From: Lachnospiraceae bacterium
Lineage (GTDB): Bacteria > Bacillota > Clostridia > Lachnospirales > Lachnospiraceae
Direction of reading: 5' to 3'
NCBI GenBank assembly: GCA_017521195.1
Contig: JAFXGP010000088.1
Coordinates: 11,203 to 75,202, forward strand
DNA length: 64,000 bases
Of this stretch, positions 54,420 to 64,000 are shown piece after piece. The stretch's first letter is position 1, and each line of letters opens with the position of its first letter. The notes below the pieces were generated by a model, which ran no database searches, was not told where the DNA came from, and saw only the letters and a program-made list of their open reading frames with translations. The position numbers and the translations under genes are program-made.

Positions 54420-55481
54420 CTATTTTAAAAATATGCTTTTACATTTTATCATCACTTTTTGCGCCAATCCGGAAAGTACAGTCAATAAAATTCCTGCCAC
54501 GTTCACCATTAACAGATATAACATACACAATTTAAATCTATCTCTTATACTTTCGGGATATCCAAAATATTGTGGGAAAATACATACGCGAAAAACTTCA
54601 TGAATCAAATAGACTCCTAATGTGGCCTTGGACCAATATTTTATAATACCCGGCACTTTTATCTTCTCGTTTGGTAAGAATCCAATTGCAACACATATGC
54701 ATAAGATGAATGCCATAGGAAAATCATTGGCAGAATATCCATTTTTTAACGAGTGAATGATCACAAGTAAAAAGCCGGTCACACTCATTCCTTTCCACAG
54801 CAGTATATTTTTTGCGTTCTTTTTAAGATAATCATTCAACCTGGCAGCAATGACTCCCAGTCCCATGCCGGCAATTCCCCGCATTAGGGCACCATTTATA
54901 AAGAATCCCTCTATATCTACGATATGGAAATCCAAAACGGCTGCCTTTCTATAAAACCACGAATAAAATACCATTATACTTAATGGAATCAAAAAATTAA
55001 CTGTTACTTTTTCGTAGTTTTTCAACAGAAAATACAAAAAGAAAGTACAAATGAACAATGCAGATATATACCATGATGTACCATTTATATAATTCCAACC
55101 CCTATTTAAGCCTATACAATGTAAACCTATTATCTCCCAAAAACTATCATACAAACGTGCAACTCTGCTTGCCGGGTCATTGGCTGTTTTTAATATAAAC
55201 GTAATAATAAAACATATAATATAAATGGGATAAATATTAAAATACTTATCTTTTATGCATGCTACGTTTGATTCATATTTATTACTTTTACACTGCCGAT
55301 ATAACAAAAATCCTGATACAATGAAAAAGAATTCTACCGAAATATACCATCCATTTGTCATACCCATATCTTTAGCAATATTATATACATTACCAAAATG
55401 AAATGCTGCAATCATATTGGTGAATATAATTCGCCAAATATAAATCATATTATCGTTACGTTCTTTCATTATAATCTCCAA
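54420..55481 (-). CDS. acyltransferase family 3 membrane protein
   Basis: 353 aa, about 10-11 TM helices, N-terminal [15 protein letters not shown] motif. 13-nt overlap with the upstream dehydrogenase gene. Confidence 0.7.
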   Translation of the reverse strand: MEIIMKERNDNMIYIWRIIFTNMIAAFHFGNVYNIAKDMGMTNGWYISVEFFFIVSGFLLYRQCKSNKYESNVACIKDKYFNIYPIYIICFIITFILKTANDPASRVARLYDSFWEIIGLHCIGLNRGWNYINGTSWYISALFICTFFLYFLLKNYEKVTVNFLIPLSIMVFYSWFYRKAAVLDFHIVDIEGFFINGALMRGIAGMGLGVIAARLNDYLKKNAKNILLWKGMSVTGFLLVIIHSLKNGYSANDFPMAFILCICVAIGFLPNEKIKVPGIIKYWSKATLGVYLIHEVFRVCIFPQYFGYPESIRDRFKLCMLYLLMVNVAGILLTVLSGLAQKVMIKCKSIFLK

Positions 55482-56785
55482 TAAGAGAATCCCTCTTCTG
55501 TATAATCTTTTCTATCTAATAATCCCTTAATATCTGCCAATACTTTTACTTTGTTATCAGGATTAAAGAATCCACAGATATCTTCTTTGGAAAGTTTTAA
55601 GAATTCGTCATGAGCAACTGCAATAATTACCGCATCCATGTTTTTAACATCTGCCATAGTACCGAATTCAATTCCGTATAATTTCAATGCTTCTTCTGCA
55701 TCTGCTGTTTCATCTACTACTACCGGAGTAATACCATATTCACCAAGTTCTTTGTAGATATCGATAATCTTAGTATTTCTGGTATCCGGACAATTTTCTT
55801 TAAAAGTAAAACCAAGAATCGCTACTTTCGCTTTGTTTACAGGAAGCTCAGCTTTGATAATATTCTTAACTACACTTTCTGCCACATATTTACCCATATC
55901 ATCATTGATACGACGACCGGATAAAATAATCTGAGAATGATAACCAAGCTGTTCTGCTTTATAAGTTAAATAATAAGGGTCAACACCAATACAATGTCCG
56001 CCTACAAGTCCGGGGAAGAATTTTAAGAAATTCCATTTGGTTCCCGCTGCTTCCAATACTGCTTTTGTATCAATACCCATTTTATTGAAGATAATGGATA
56101 ATTCATTCATGAACGCAATGTTAATGTCACGCTGACTGTTTTCAATTACTTTTGCAGCTTCTGCTACTTTGATGGATTCCGCACGATGAACACCTGCTTC
56201 TACAACAAGTTCATATACTTTAGCAACTTCATCCAAGGTTTCTTCATCCATACCGGATACAATCTTTGTGATAGTTTCTAATCTATGAACTTTATCGCCC
56301 GGATTAATTCTTTCCGGAGAGTAACCGATTTTGAAATCTACACCACATTTTAAACCGGATTCTTTTTCCAGAATCGGAACGCAAGTTTCTTCTGTAACTC
56401 CCGGATAAACGGTAGATTCAAATACCACGATAGAACCTTTTGTTAAATTCTGTCCAAGCAATCTGCTGGCACCTTCTACCGGTGTCAAATCCGGTGTATG
56501 GTCATCATTTACAGGTGTTGGAACTGCTACAATGTGGAATTTAGCCTCTTTTAATTTTGCAGGATCTGCTGTAAATTCTACACTTGTAGTTTTAATCACA
56601 TCATCCCCAACTTCTCTGGTTGGGTCGATTCCGGATTTGTATAAATTAATTTTTGCTTCGTTTAAGTCAAATCCTACAACCTTTACTTTTCTTGCAAACG
56701 CAACTGCGATAGGCATACCTACATATCCAAGACCTACTAAAGATATTTTCTCTTCTCCTGCTACGATTTTTTCATATAAACTCAT
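55469..56785 (-). CDS. UDP-N-acetylhexosamine 6-dehydrogenase (TviB/WbpO/CapL-type nucleotide-sugar dehydrogenase)
   Basis: 438 aa. NAD fold [18 protein letters not shown] and catalytic Cys context [15 protein letters not shown]. Confidence 0.8.
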   Translation of the reverse strand: MSLYEKIVAGEEKISLVGLGYVGMPIAVAFARKVKVVGFDLNEAKINLYKSGIDPTREVGDDVIKTTSVEFTADPAKLKEAKFHIVAVPTPVNDDHTPDLTPVEGASRLLGQNLTKGSIVVFESTVYPGVTEETCVPILEKESGLKCGVDFKIGYSPERINPGDKVHRLETITKIVSGMDEETLDEVAKVYELVVEAGVHRAESIKVAEAAKVIENSQRDINIAFMNELSIIFNKMGIDTKAVLEAAGTKWNFLKFFPGLVGGHCIGVDPYYLTYKAEQLGYHSQIILSGRRINDDMGKYVAESVVKNIIKAELPVNKAKVAILGFTFKENCPDTRNTKIIDIYKELGEYGITPVVVDETADAEEALKLYGIEFGTMADVKNMDAVIIAVAHDEFLKLSKEDICGFFNPDNKVKVLADIKGLLDRKDYTEEGFSYWRL

Positions 56786-57873
56786 ATTATTTTCTCCATT
56801 TCCTCTATATAAGATTCCACCACAATCCTGCGGTCAAATTCCTGTTCTATTTTTTTGCGGGCACACTTTCCCATTTCTTTTCTCTCTTCATAAGAAAGGT
56901 TCAGAAAACGTTTCACAGCTTCGTAAAACGCCTGCTTATCACGTGGTACAAAACCGATTCCCGTGATACCATCATCAAAACCCTCTCTGCATCCGGGAAT
57001 ATCCGAAGCCAAGACCGGCCTTCCGGTGGCTGCTGATTCCAAAACCACGTTGGACATTCCTTCATGATAGCTTGGCATAACTGCTGCCGAAGCTTTTGTA
57101 TAGAAAGGATGGATGATTTTTTGGTAACCGATAAATTCCACAACACCAGTCTGCTGAAGCTTTTCCACAACCTCTTTATAATCCTCTTCATAGCTGCCTA
57201 TCAGCTGAAAAATCACTTCCGGGAATTCCTGTTTGATTTCTTTCGCCGCATACAGCAGTTCATCAATTCCCTTTTCTTTCATGATTCGCCCTACAAATAC
57301 TAATCTTACAGGCTCATCTTTAGCGGGGTACTCTTCAAACACATGCCTGTCCAGATTCACCCCGGAACCGGGAACCAATCGGACTTTTTTGCCTCTAATT
57401 CCAAAGTTGTCAAAAATGTCTTTATTCTTGGCATTTTGAAAGAAAACACAGCTTGCTTTTTTTAAGGCAATTTTATATAAAAATACCACCAGTTTACGAA
57501 GCAATCCATCTTCTTCAAACGCGGAACCCAGGCCCGTAATATTAACTATATATGGAATCCTCTTTAATCTGCAGCAAAGACTGCCGTAGATGTTGGGTTT
57601 AATCGTATACGTTAGCACCACATTTGGTTTTACTTCCCTTATCAATTTAAGATATTGTATCATCAATTTGCCATCTTTGACAGGATTCATACCTCTTCGT
57701 TCCAAAAATGTGTGGTGTACGATGCATCCTTCGTCCGCAATTTCCGGTACGTCATCTTCGTCCGGCAGACTTACATGAACTTCATACTCTTTCAACAATC
57801 TTAAAAGCAATTCATTTCGAAAATCATATAGTCCGCTGGCATTATTTGCAAGAATTAAAACTCTTTTTTTCAT
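56782..57873 (-). CDS. GT4-type glycosyltransferase (PglA/WbuB-like position)
   Basis: 363 aa. Motifs [20 protein letters not shown] and [33 protein letters not shown]. Confidence 0.8.
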   Translation of the reverse strand: MKKRVLILANNASGLYDFRNELLLRLLKEYEVHVSLPDEDDVPEIADEGCIVHHTFLERRGMNPVKDGKLMIQYLKLIREVKPNVVLTYTIKPNIYGSLCCRLKRIPYIVNITGLGSAFEEDGLLRKLVVFLYKIALKKASCVFFQNAKNKDIFDNFGIRGKKVRLVPGSGVNLDRHVFEEYPAKDEPVRLVFVGRIMKEKGIDELLYAAKEIKQEFPEVIFQLIGSYEEDYKEVVEKLQQTGVVEFIGYQKIIHPFYTKASAAVMPSYHEGMSNVVLESAATGRPVLASDIPGCREGFDDGITGIGFVPRDKQAFYEAVKRFLNLSYEERKEMGKCARKKIEQEFDRRIVVESYIEEMEKII

Positions 57874-58844
57874 GCTAATTCATCCTGTTTCTTAATCACA
57901 ACACTGTCATACATCATCATAACAACGCCTTCTTCATAGTCACCAATGCAGGAATCATTTGCTTCCCCTGAAATATTCTTTTCAATTAATTTTATAAAAT
58001 CTACACCTGCACCATATGCATGAAGATATGCTCCGCCAAAACGAGGATTAATTTCAGAAAGATAATACTGTCCATTTACATAAAAGAAATCCATATCATT
58101 AGGACCATATAATTCTAATACTCCCGCAACTTGTTTGATTAACTCAAAAAGCTTTTCATCTTTAAAAGATATTGTCTTATTTGCGCCCCCTATGGTAGTT
58201 GAAATTTTTCTCTTCGAAAATGCAGATACCACTTCTCGGCTTTCTGTGTCTACATATACATCTGCATCCAAATCCATGCCGCCCATGAATTCTTGAACAA
58301 TCAGAGATTCATCTTCCTTCATTGCAACAACAAGTTCATCCATACTCTCAACTTTTCTTGCTCCAACACTTCCGCTTCCTGTTCGTGGTTTCACAAAAAC
58401 AGGGAAAGAAAGTTCTTTTTGAGCTATCGCATTTTGAGCCTCTTCTAAAGTCCCGTAAGTTTGCACCGTAGGAATATTATGTTTTTTAAGGTGCTTAAAC
58501 AATTCGTACTTGTCAAAACAGAGTCGCGCTGTCTCATAAGCAGGAACCAGCACCTTAATTCCGAATTGTTCAAACACTTCCCTATTCTTAGATAACACTT
58601 CTATCTCCGGATCAATAAAGGTTGCGATTGCCTGTATTTTTTCCTTTTTGCAAATATCTAAAAGTGTGTCAATATAGTTGGGATCTATAATTTTAGGAAC
58701 CAGATATTGTTCATCTGCAAAATATAATGCCGGTGCATATGGACTGTTATCAGTCGCGATAATCTTTCCTTCCGTTCCCATTGTCTGACGAAAATCTTTA
58801 AGTAGTTCACCTCTTCGGCCTACACTGCACATCAATAAATTCAT
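57870..58844 (-). CDS. ATP-grasp family ligase
   Basis: 324 aa. Motifs FPVFVKPRTGSGSVGARKV, LIVQEFMGG and YLSEINPRFGGAY. ATGA-type overlap with the downstream GT4. Confidence 0.8.
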   Translation of the reverse strand: MNLLMCSVGRRGELLKDFRQTMGTEGKIIATDNSPYAPALYFADEQYLVPKIIDPNYIDTLLDICKKEKIQAIATFIDPEIEVLSKNREVFEQFGIKVLVPAYETARLCFDKYELFKHLKKHNIPTVQTYGTLEEAQNAIAQKELSFPVFVKPRTGSGSVGARKVESMDELVVAMKEDESLIVQEFMGGMDLDADVYVDTESREVVSAFSKRKISTTIGGANKTISFKDEKLFELIKQVAGVLELYGPNDMDFFYVNGQYYLSEINPRFGGAYLHAYGAGVDFIKLIEKNISGEANDSCIGDYEEGVVMMMYDSVVIKKQDELA

Positions 58845-58875
58845 TTTCTATTCTCCTGTCCATAATATTCTATAT

Positions 58876-60036
58876 TTAAGAATGGATATCTAAATAATCT
58901 TTTACTGAAATTTGACTTCTTACTTTTTCAACGCCCTGACTACTTTTTACGTATACTTCCGGAAGATATCGTATAAACATGCCTCCAAAAGTCATAGAAT
59001 AGGCCCCTACACGATGATAAACTATTTCATCTCCGACCTGAAGTTCCTTTTCATTTTCTAAAACCATAATGCGGTCATGATCCATACATGTATAACCACA
59101 AATTATTTGTCGTGGTTGTTTTTTATCATCCTGTGCATTGCTTGAAAACATATATCTCTTTTTGGCCCACAGCGGATCGATATGAATACGACTACCATCT
59201 GTAGTAACAATTCTTGCATGCGTCGTATCTTTTACATCCAATACAGATGTGTGCAACTCAACCGTGGATCCAACAATTGCTGAACCGGGTTCTACAATCA
59301 GTTTCGTTTCTTCCGGATTAATTACTTCGCTCAATTCATTTTTTATTACAGTTACATAATCTTTCGGTGTAGGTTTTCCTTCCACTCCCCCGAAATAGCC
59401 ACCACCCATATCAATAAATGACAGCTCTAAATTATATTTACGGATTAAATTCGCTGCATAACATGCAATTTCCCTATAAACATTTAAACTTCGGGTAATA
59501 CTGTTACAATGCAAATGTAAACCTATTTTTACCACGCCATAAATATCTCTTATGGTATGAAGTGCTTTTTCAAACTCACCATTTTCTACCGCAAATCCGA
59601 ATCGGAAACCATCTTCCTCATATCCAATGTCCTCATGACTAAAAACAGAAGAATCTACATTTACTCTGATACCTATATTTTCACAAGTATCTCCCTTGTA
59701 CTTTGCAAGATATTCCAAATCTTTCGCAGAATCCAGATTGATATAAGCTTTGCCTTCCACTGCTGATTTAAATTGTTCTTCCCCTTTAATAGGACCGTTA
59801 TATACAATCTCGCTATCTGCATACCCGCACATCCTAGCTAATTGGTACTCTTCATCAGAAACCACTTCTGCCAATGCATCCTTCTCTTTTAAATACTTTA
59901 AAAGCCATGGTAGTGAATTTGTTTTTACAGAATACGCCAACTTAGAATTCGGCCACAACTCTTTTAATGCATTTTGAAATGCCATAACATTAGCATTCAA
60001 TTCGTTTTCTAAAATCAGAAAATACGGAGTTTTCAT
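58876..60036 (-). CDS. PLP-dependent decarboxylase, fold type III (Orn/DAP/Arg decarboxylase family)
   Basis: 386 aa. PLP-Lys context LAYSVKTNS, phosphate-binding DMGGGYFGG, and C-terminal ICGYTCMDHD. Confidence 0.75.
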   Translation of the reverse strand: MKTPYFLILENELNANVMAFQNALKELWPNSKLAYSVKTNSLPWLLKYLKEKDALAEVVSDEEYQLARMCGYADSEIVYNGPIKGEEQFKSAVEGKAYINLDSAKDLEYLAKYKGDTCENIGIRVNVDSSVFSHEDIGYEEDGFRFGFAVENGEFEKALHTIRDIYGVVKIGLHLHCNSITRSLNVYREIACYAANLIRKYNLELSFIDMGGGYFGGVEGKPTPKDYVTVIKNELSEVINPEETKLIVEPGSAIVGSTVELHTSVLDVKDTTHARIVTTDGSRIHIDPLWAKKRYMFSSNAQDDKKQPRQIICGYTCMDHDRIMVLENEKELQVGDEIVYHRVGAYSMTFGGMFIRYLPEVYVKSSQGVEKVRSQISVKDYLDIHS

Positions 60037-60650
60037 CCATCCACCTCTTCCGTTCCCATAAAATCTTCCATTGTTGCAGAGTTTGCAGAACTAATGCCAT
60101 CCCGTTTCAAAACGGTAAATACTGTCTGGAAAATAATCTTCCAATCACCTATAAATGTGATGTTATCTACATACTTAACATCCCATTCAAACTTTTCTTC
60201 CCAGCTAATGGAATTTCTTCCGTTTACCTGCGCCAATCCGGTAAATCCGGGACGTACTTCATGTCTTCTTGCTTGCCGTTTATTATATCTTGGAAGATAT
60301 TCTACTAACAAGGGTCTGGGACCTACAATACTCATATCTCCTTTGAAAATATTCCATAACTCCGGCAATTCATCCAAGCTGGTAGCACGGAGCATTTCAC
60401 CAAATTTTGTAAGACGAACTTCATCCGGAAGCAAGTTCCCATTCTCATCTTTTTCATCCGTCATGGTACGGAACTTACACATGGTAAATATCTTCCCGTC
60501 TTTTCCCGGGCGTTTCTGATGAAAGATAACCGGACTGCCAAGCTTGATTCTTACTAAGATGGCTACAGTAAGCAATACCGGCGAGAGCACTATTAAAGCT
60601 ACTCCGGATAATATAATATCCAATAATCTTTTTATATAATTCTTGTACAT
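60033..60650 (-). CDS. small monotopic phosphoglycosyl transferase (PglC/WbaP C-terminal-type 'bacterial sugar transferase'), initiating enzyme
   Basis: 205 aa. Motifs KRLLDIILSGVALIVLSPVLL, SPVIFHQKRPGKDGKIFTMCKFRTM and DELPELWNIFKGDMSIVGPRP. Confidence 0.85.
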   Translation of the reverse strand: MYKNYIKRLLDIILSGVALIVLSPVLLTVAILVRIKLGSPVIFHQKRPGKDGKIFTMCKFRTMTDEKDENGNLLPDEVRLTKFGEMLRATSLDELPELWNIFKGDMSIVGPRPLLVEYLPRYNKRQARRHEVRPGFTGLAQVNGRNSISWEEKFEWDVKYVDNITFIGDWKIIFQTVFTVLKRDGISSANSATMEDFMGTEEVDG

Positions 60651-60673
60651 GCTCTTTCCTCCCTACCACCGTA

Positions 60674-61807
60674 TTATCGGCCGAAACAACCACGCACAAT
60701 ACTTATAATATTCGCCATATCTTCTTCTGTGTTTTTAATATCACTTGGTAAGCAAAGTCCACGGTTAAAGATATCTTCACCAACACTGATATCACCTTCT
60801 GCCGCAGAGATAAAATCATAACCTTCGAATACGGGCTGTAAATGCATTGGTTTCCAGATTGGTCTGGATTCCATGTTTTCTGCTTCCAGGGCATCCATAA
60901 TCTGATTTGGAGTTACTTCGCATCCTTCGGATAAGGTCATACAGGATAACCAACAGTTGGAATCTCCATCCGGATTCATAGGATTCATAGTAATTTCCTC
61001 TATATCTGCAAAAGCAGCTTTATACTGCTCATATATTTTCTTCTTAATTGCCTTATGTTCTTCCAAATGAAGCATCTGGCCACGTCCGATACCTGCCACA
61101 ACGTTGGACATACGGTAGTTGTAGCCAATGTTGGAATGTTGATAATGTCTTGCCGCATCTCTTGCCTGCGTGGACAAAAATCTGGCACGAGCTATTGCTT
61201 CTTCATCATCAGAAACTAACATTCCACCTCCGGAAGTAGTAATAATCTTGTTTCCATTGAAAGAAAAGATTCCGAATTTACCAAAAGTTCCCGTCTGCTT
61301 CCCTTTGTATGTAGCACTCATGGATTCTGCTGCATCTTCAATAAACGGCACATTATGTTCTCCGCAGATTGCCATTAATTCATCAATTTTTGCCGGTGTA
61401 CCATAGAGATGTACACAAACCACTGCCTTAGGATTTGGATACTTTTCAAAAGCTTTCTTCAAAGCTTTGGGATCCATATTCCAAGTGTCCGGTTCGCTGT
61501 CGATAAATACCGGAATCGCTTTTTCATAGCAAATCGGATTACAGGTAGCAGAAAATGTCAAATCGGATACAAAGACAATATCCCCTTCTTTTACATCTGC
61601 TAATTTTAATGCCAGATGAATCGCTGCAGTTCCTGCGCTTAAAGCTGCTGCCGCCTTGCTTCCCGTATATGCTGCCACTTCTTTTTCAAATTCATTTACA
61701 TTTGGACCAAGTGGTGCTACCCAGTTGGTATCAAATGCTTCATGCACAAACTCAAGTTCCTCTCCATGCATGGTCGGACATGAAAGATAGATTCTTTTCT
61801 TTTCCAT
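60674..61807 (-). CDS. UDP-4-keto-6-deoxy-HexNAc aminotransferase (DegT/PglE-like)
   Basis: 377 aa. Motifs LSAGTAAIHLAL, DAAESM and FSFNGNKIITTSGGG (PLP Lys). Confidence 0.85.
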   Translation of the reverse strand: MEKKRIYLSCPTMHGEELEFVHEAFDTNWVAPLGPNVNEFEKEVAAYTGSKAAAALSAGTAAIHLALKLADVKEGDIVFVSDLTFSATCNPICYEKAIPVFIDSEPDTWNMDPKALKKAFEKYPNPKAVVCVHLYGTPAKIDELMAICGEHNVPFIEDAAESMSATYKGKQTGTFGKFGIFSFNGNKIITTSGGGMLVSDDEEAIARARFLSTQARDAARHYQHSNIGYNYRMSNVVAGIGRGQMLHLEEHKAIKKKIYEQYKAAFADIEEITMNPMNPDGDSNCWLSCMTLSEGCEVTPNQIMDALEAENMESRPIWKPMHLQPVFEGYDFISAAEGDISVGEDIFNRGLCLPSDIKNTEEDMANIISIVRGCFGR

Positions 61808-61819
61808 AGCTGTCTCCCT

Positions 61820-63703
61820 TTATTTTACATCGTCCTTAATCTGATATGTGGGAACAATCTCCTTAATCAGATGACGGATATCTGCACTTTCATTTTTTGA
61901 CTCTTCTTTCAGGTTTTTCAATTGACGGAAGAATGTCATTTCATCGATTTCAATAGGCTTACCTATATGAATCATCTTATTGGCTGTGTCTTGAAGTCCT
62001 TCTTCATCCATCAAAAGTTCTTCGTATAGTTTTTCTCCGGGACGAAGTCCTGTGAATTCAATCTGAATATCTTCATCCACTTTGTAACCGGATAAACGAA
62101 TTAAATTCTTAGCCAAATCCAGAATTTTTACCGGTTCGCCCATATCCAGAACAAAGATTTCTCCACCTTTGGCATAGGCGCCTGCCTGCAATACCAAAGA
62201 TACCGCTTCTGGTATGGTCATAAAGTAACGGATGATATCCGGATGAGTTACGGTCACCGGACCTCCCTGAGCAATCTGTTTCTTAAATAACGGAATTACA
62301 CTACCGTTACTTCCCAATACGTTACCAAAACGAACTGCTACAAATTCTGTATCGTAATGACGATTAAAAGTCTGGATAATCATTTCACAGATACGTTTGC
62401 TGGCACCCATGATATTGGTAGGGTTTACCGCTTTATCCGTACTAATCATTACAAATTTTTCCGTTCCATAATAGGCTGCCGCCTGGGCTGTCTTCCATGT
62501 ACCGAATACATTATTTTTCACCGCTTCGTTAGGGCTTGTCTCCATCAAAGGCACATGTTTATGAGCTGCTGCATGATACACAATCTGCGGTCTGTAGGTT
62601 TCAAAAATTGTATTCATACGATTGGTATTTCTTACCGATGCAATCAACACCAATAAATCTAAATCCGGGTGTTTATATAACAATTCCTGCTGTACATCAT
62701 AGGCACTGTTTTCATAAATATCTACCAAAATCAGTTTTTTGGGTTTATGCTGGGCAATCTGGCGGCACAACTCACTTCCGATAGAACCACCTCCACCGGT
62801 AACCATAACTACTTTGCCACTTACATAGCCTAAAATAGAATCCAAATCTACGCGGATAGGTTCTCTTCCCAGCAAGTCTTCTACTTCTACGTCTCTTAAC
62901 TGACTTACATTAACTTCTCCGTTTACCAGCTGATACATCCCCGGCAAGGATTTCAGTTTACATTCTGTTTCTTTACATATATCCAGAATCTCACTGATTA
63001 CTTTCTTGGAAGCAGAAGGAATAGCAATAAAAATTTCATCTACTCCATATACATCCACGCATTCCAATATTTTTTCTCTGCCACCTACAACGCGGATGCC
63101 CTGAATATAGCTACCCCATTTTTTGGAATCATCATCAATAATACAAGCAATACTCATAGTAGAGAAATTACTGTTTACAATCTCTTTAATAATAGAATTT
63201 CCCGCTTCGCCGGCACCGATAATCATAACACGAATGGCATTTTTCTTATTCTGTGCTTTATGCTTGAAACTACGCATAAAACGATAAGAAAAACGGCTGG
63301 CGAAAACCAAGGAAATTAGCAAAAAGCAATAGGTAAAATAATAACTGTTCGGAACCGCTCTCTGTTCTACTTTCACTGCATAGAGACCTACACCATTCAC
63401 CGCGGAAGCCATAAAGCAGGCTACAATAATATTTTGCAACTCACTTTCTCCGGCAAAAGCCCACAAACTGTGATATAGACGGAAAATATAAAATATAATA
63501 ATTGTAAAAATAATATTAAAAGGCAAAAAGCGAATGATAGTATCCAAAAAGTAATCCGGAATCATATCAAATTCAAACTCAAAACGCATGGAAATTGCTA
63601 AAAAGCTGGCTGCCAATACGCTTGCCACATCGTAAATTACAAAACTGGCTCTACGAAAAATCAGTTGGTAATTAAATACTTCTTTTTTCATTTTTCTCTC
63701 CAT
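61820..63703 (-). CDS. membrane-bound UDP-HexNAc 4,6-dehydratase (PglF/CapD/WbpM-like)
   Basis: 627 aa with four N-terminal TM helices. Motifs IIGAGEAG, VMVTGGGGSIGSEL and MISTDKAVNP (catalytic TDK). Confidence 0.85.
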   Translation of the reverse strand: MERKMKKEVFNYQLIFRRASFVIYDVASVLAASFLAISMRFEFEFDMIPDYFLDTIIRFLPFNIIFTIIIFYIFRLYHSLWAFAGESELQNIIVACFMASAVNGVGLYAVKVEQRAVPNSYYFTYCFLLISLVFASRFSYRFMRSFKHKAQNKKNAIRVMIIGAGEAGNSIIKEIVNSNFSTMSIACIIDDDSKKWGSYIQGIRVVGGREKILECVDVYGVDEIFIAIPSASKKVISEILDICKETECKLKSLPGMYQLVNGEVNVSQLRDVEVEDLLGREPIRVDLDSILGYVSGKVVMVTGGGGSIGSELCRQIAQHKPKKLILVDIYENSAYDVQQELLYKHPDLDLLVLIASVRNTNRMNTIFETYRPQIVYHAAAHKHVPLMETSPNEAVKNNVFGTWKTAQAAAYYGTEKFVMISTDKAVNPTNIMGASKRICEMIIQTFNRHYDTEFVAVRFGNVLGSNGSVIPLFKKQIAQGGPVTVTHPDIIRYFMTIPEAVSLVLQAGAYAKGGEIFVLDMGEPVKILDLAKNLIRLSGYKVDEDIQIEFTGLRPGEKLYEELLMDEEGLQDTANKMIHIGKPIEIDEMTFFRQLKNLKEESKNESADIRHLIKEIVPTYQIKDDVK

Positions 63704-63724
63704 TGTAGTTCATGTGATAGAACT

Positions 63725-64000
63725 TTACTCTGCTTTTTCCTTTTTAAATAAAAGCGGAATAATTACGATAAACATTGCAAATCCAAAAGGATTACCATAG
63801 TGGAATATCCATTCCACCATACTTGCTGCTGCAAATGCTAAAATTACAGCTATCGGAAGAAGCTCAAAATAATCTTCTTCCTTTTCATATCTGTTTTTAC
63901 AGCTCCTCCAGATACATACAAAGAAACTTAACACACCAAACATAATAAACATAATTCCTGTAATCAGACCATGATCATGAATTACCTGCAAAAATGTATT
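63725..64000 (-). CDS. C-terminal part of an O-antigen ligase/polymerase-like membrane protein (partial, continues beyond window end)
   Basis: The reading frame is open to position 64000 (NTFLQVIHDHGLITGIMFIMFG...). The 'M' at 63991 in the track is a TTG. The motif (H)NTFLQV..(E/D)xG is typical of the Wzy_C/WaaL C-terminal region. Confidence 0.5.
   Translation of the reverse strand, partial: NTFLQVIHDHGLITGIMFIMFGVLSFFVCIWRSCKNRYEKEEDYFELLPIAVILAFAAASMVEWIFHYGNPFGFAMFIVIIPLLFKKEKAE

Noticed and set aside
1-64000. Search for CRISPR arrays, tRNA/rRNA genes, transposases, integrases, phage structural genes and toxin-antitoxin pairs
   Set aside because: No regularly spaced direct repeats, no tRNA-like or rRNA-like segments, and no DDE/tyrosine/serine recombinase motifs appear in any ORF. 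The island at 9.9-16.8 kb has no detectable mobility gene, so I do not call a mobile element.

Overview
AT-rich 64-kb window, probably from a Firmicutes/Clostridia-type genome (inferred from composition, AGGAG-type ribosome-binding sites and protein families). Almost all of it is one co-directional cell-envelope glycan biosynthesis region. I call 57 CDS (56 on the minus strand) and one decayed pseudogene. I saw no rRNA, tRNA, CRISPR array, transposase or integrase.

Layout:
- (A) 1-9.7 kb: rfbB remnant, DegT-type aminotransferase, GT2s, a methyltransferase-GT2 fusion, a Wzm/Wzt-type ABC exporter whose ATPase has a C-terminal extension, and a GtrB-like GT with a DUF2304-like partner.
- (Island) 9.9-16.8 kb, not glycan-related and bracketed by two strong hairpins. 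It holds a translationally coupled operon (FAD oxidoreductase, endonuclease-IV-like TIM barrel, P-loop kinase-like protein), then an XRE regulator, a soluble KAP-family NTPase and a dCTP-deaminase/dUTPase-fold protein, then the only plus-strand gene (an acyltransferase-3).
- (B) 16.8-28.3 kb: Wzx flippase, a large polytopic membrane protein, an SDR epimerase, and GT2/GT4/GT11 enzymes.
- (C) 28.3-36.8 kb: a Dlt-like polymer acylation machine in which an FkbH-type loader replaces DltA. It comprises the FkbH-like enzyme, an ACP, an MBOAT, an SGNH/DltD-like protein and an unannotated 40-aa DltX-like ORF. An O-antigen-ligase-like protein, an LtaS-like protein and a GDPD follow.
- (D) 36.8-44.3 kb: GT17-like, DUF5672-like and GT11-like proteins, a PglK/MsbA-like ABC exporter, an acyltransferase-3 and a GT2-GT11 fusion.
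- (E) 44.3-64 kb: a twice-repeated [GT4 + AsnB-like amidotransferase] unit, more GT4s, an LbH acetyltransferase, TviC/WbpP-like and TviB/WbpO-like enzymes, and a PglF-PglE-PglC-like cassette carrying an ATP-grasp ligase plus a fold-III PLP decarboxylase.

Best candidates for something undescribed:
1. The XRE / KAP NTPase / dCTP-deaminase-fold operon, as a putative nucleotide-targeting defence system.
2. The FkbH-loaded Dlt-like acyl-transfer module with its DltX-like micro-ORF.

All family calls come from by-eye motif recognition in the supplied translations. No database search was possible.
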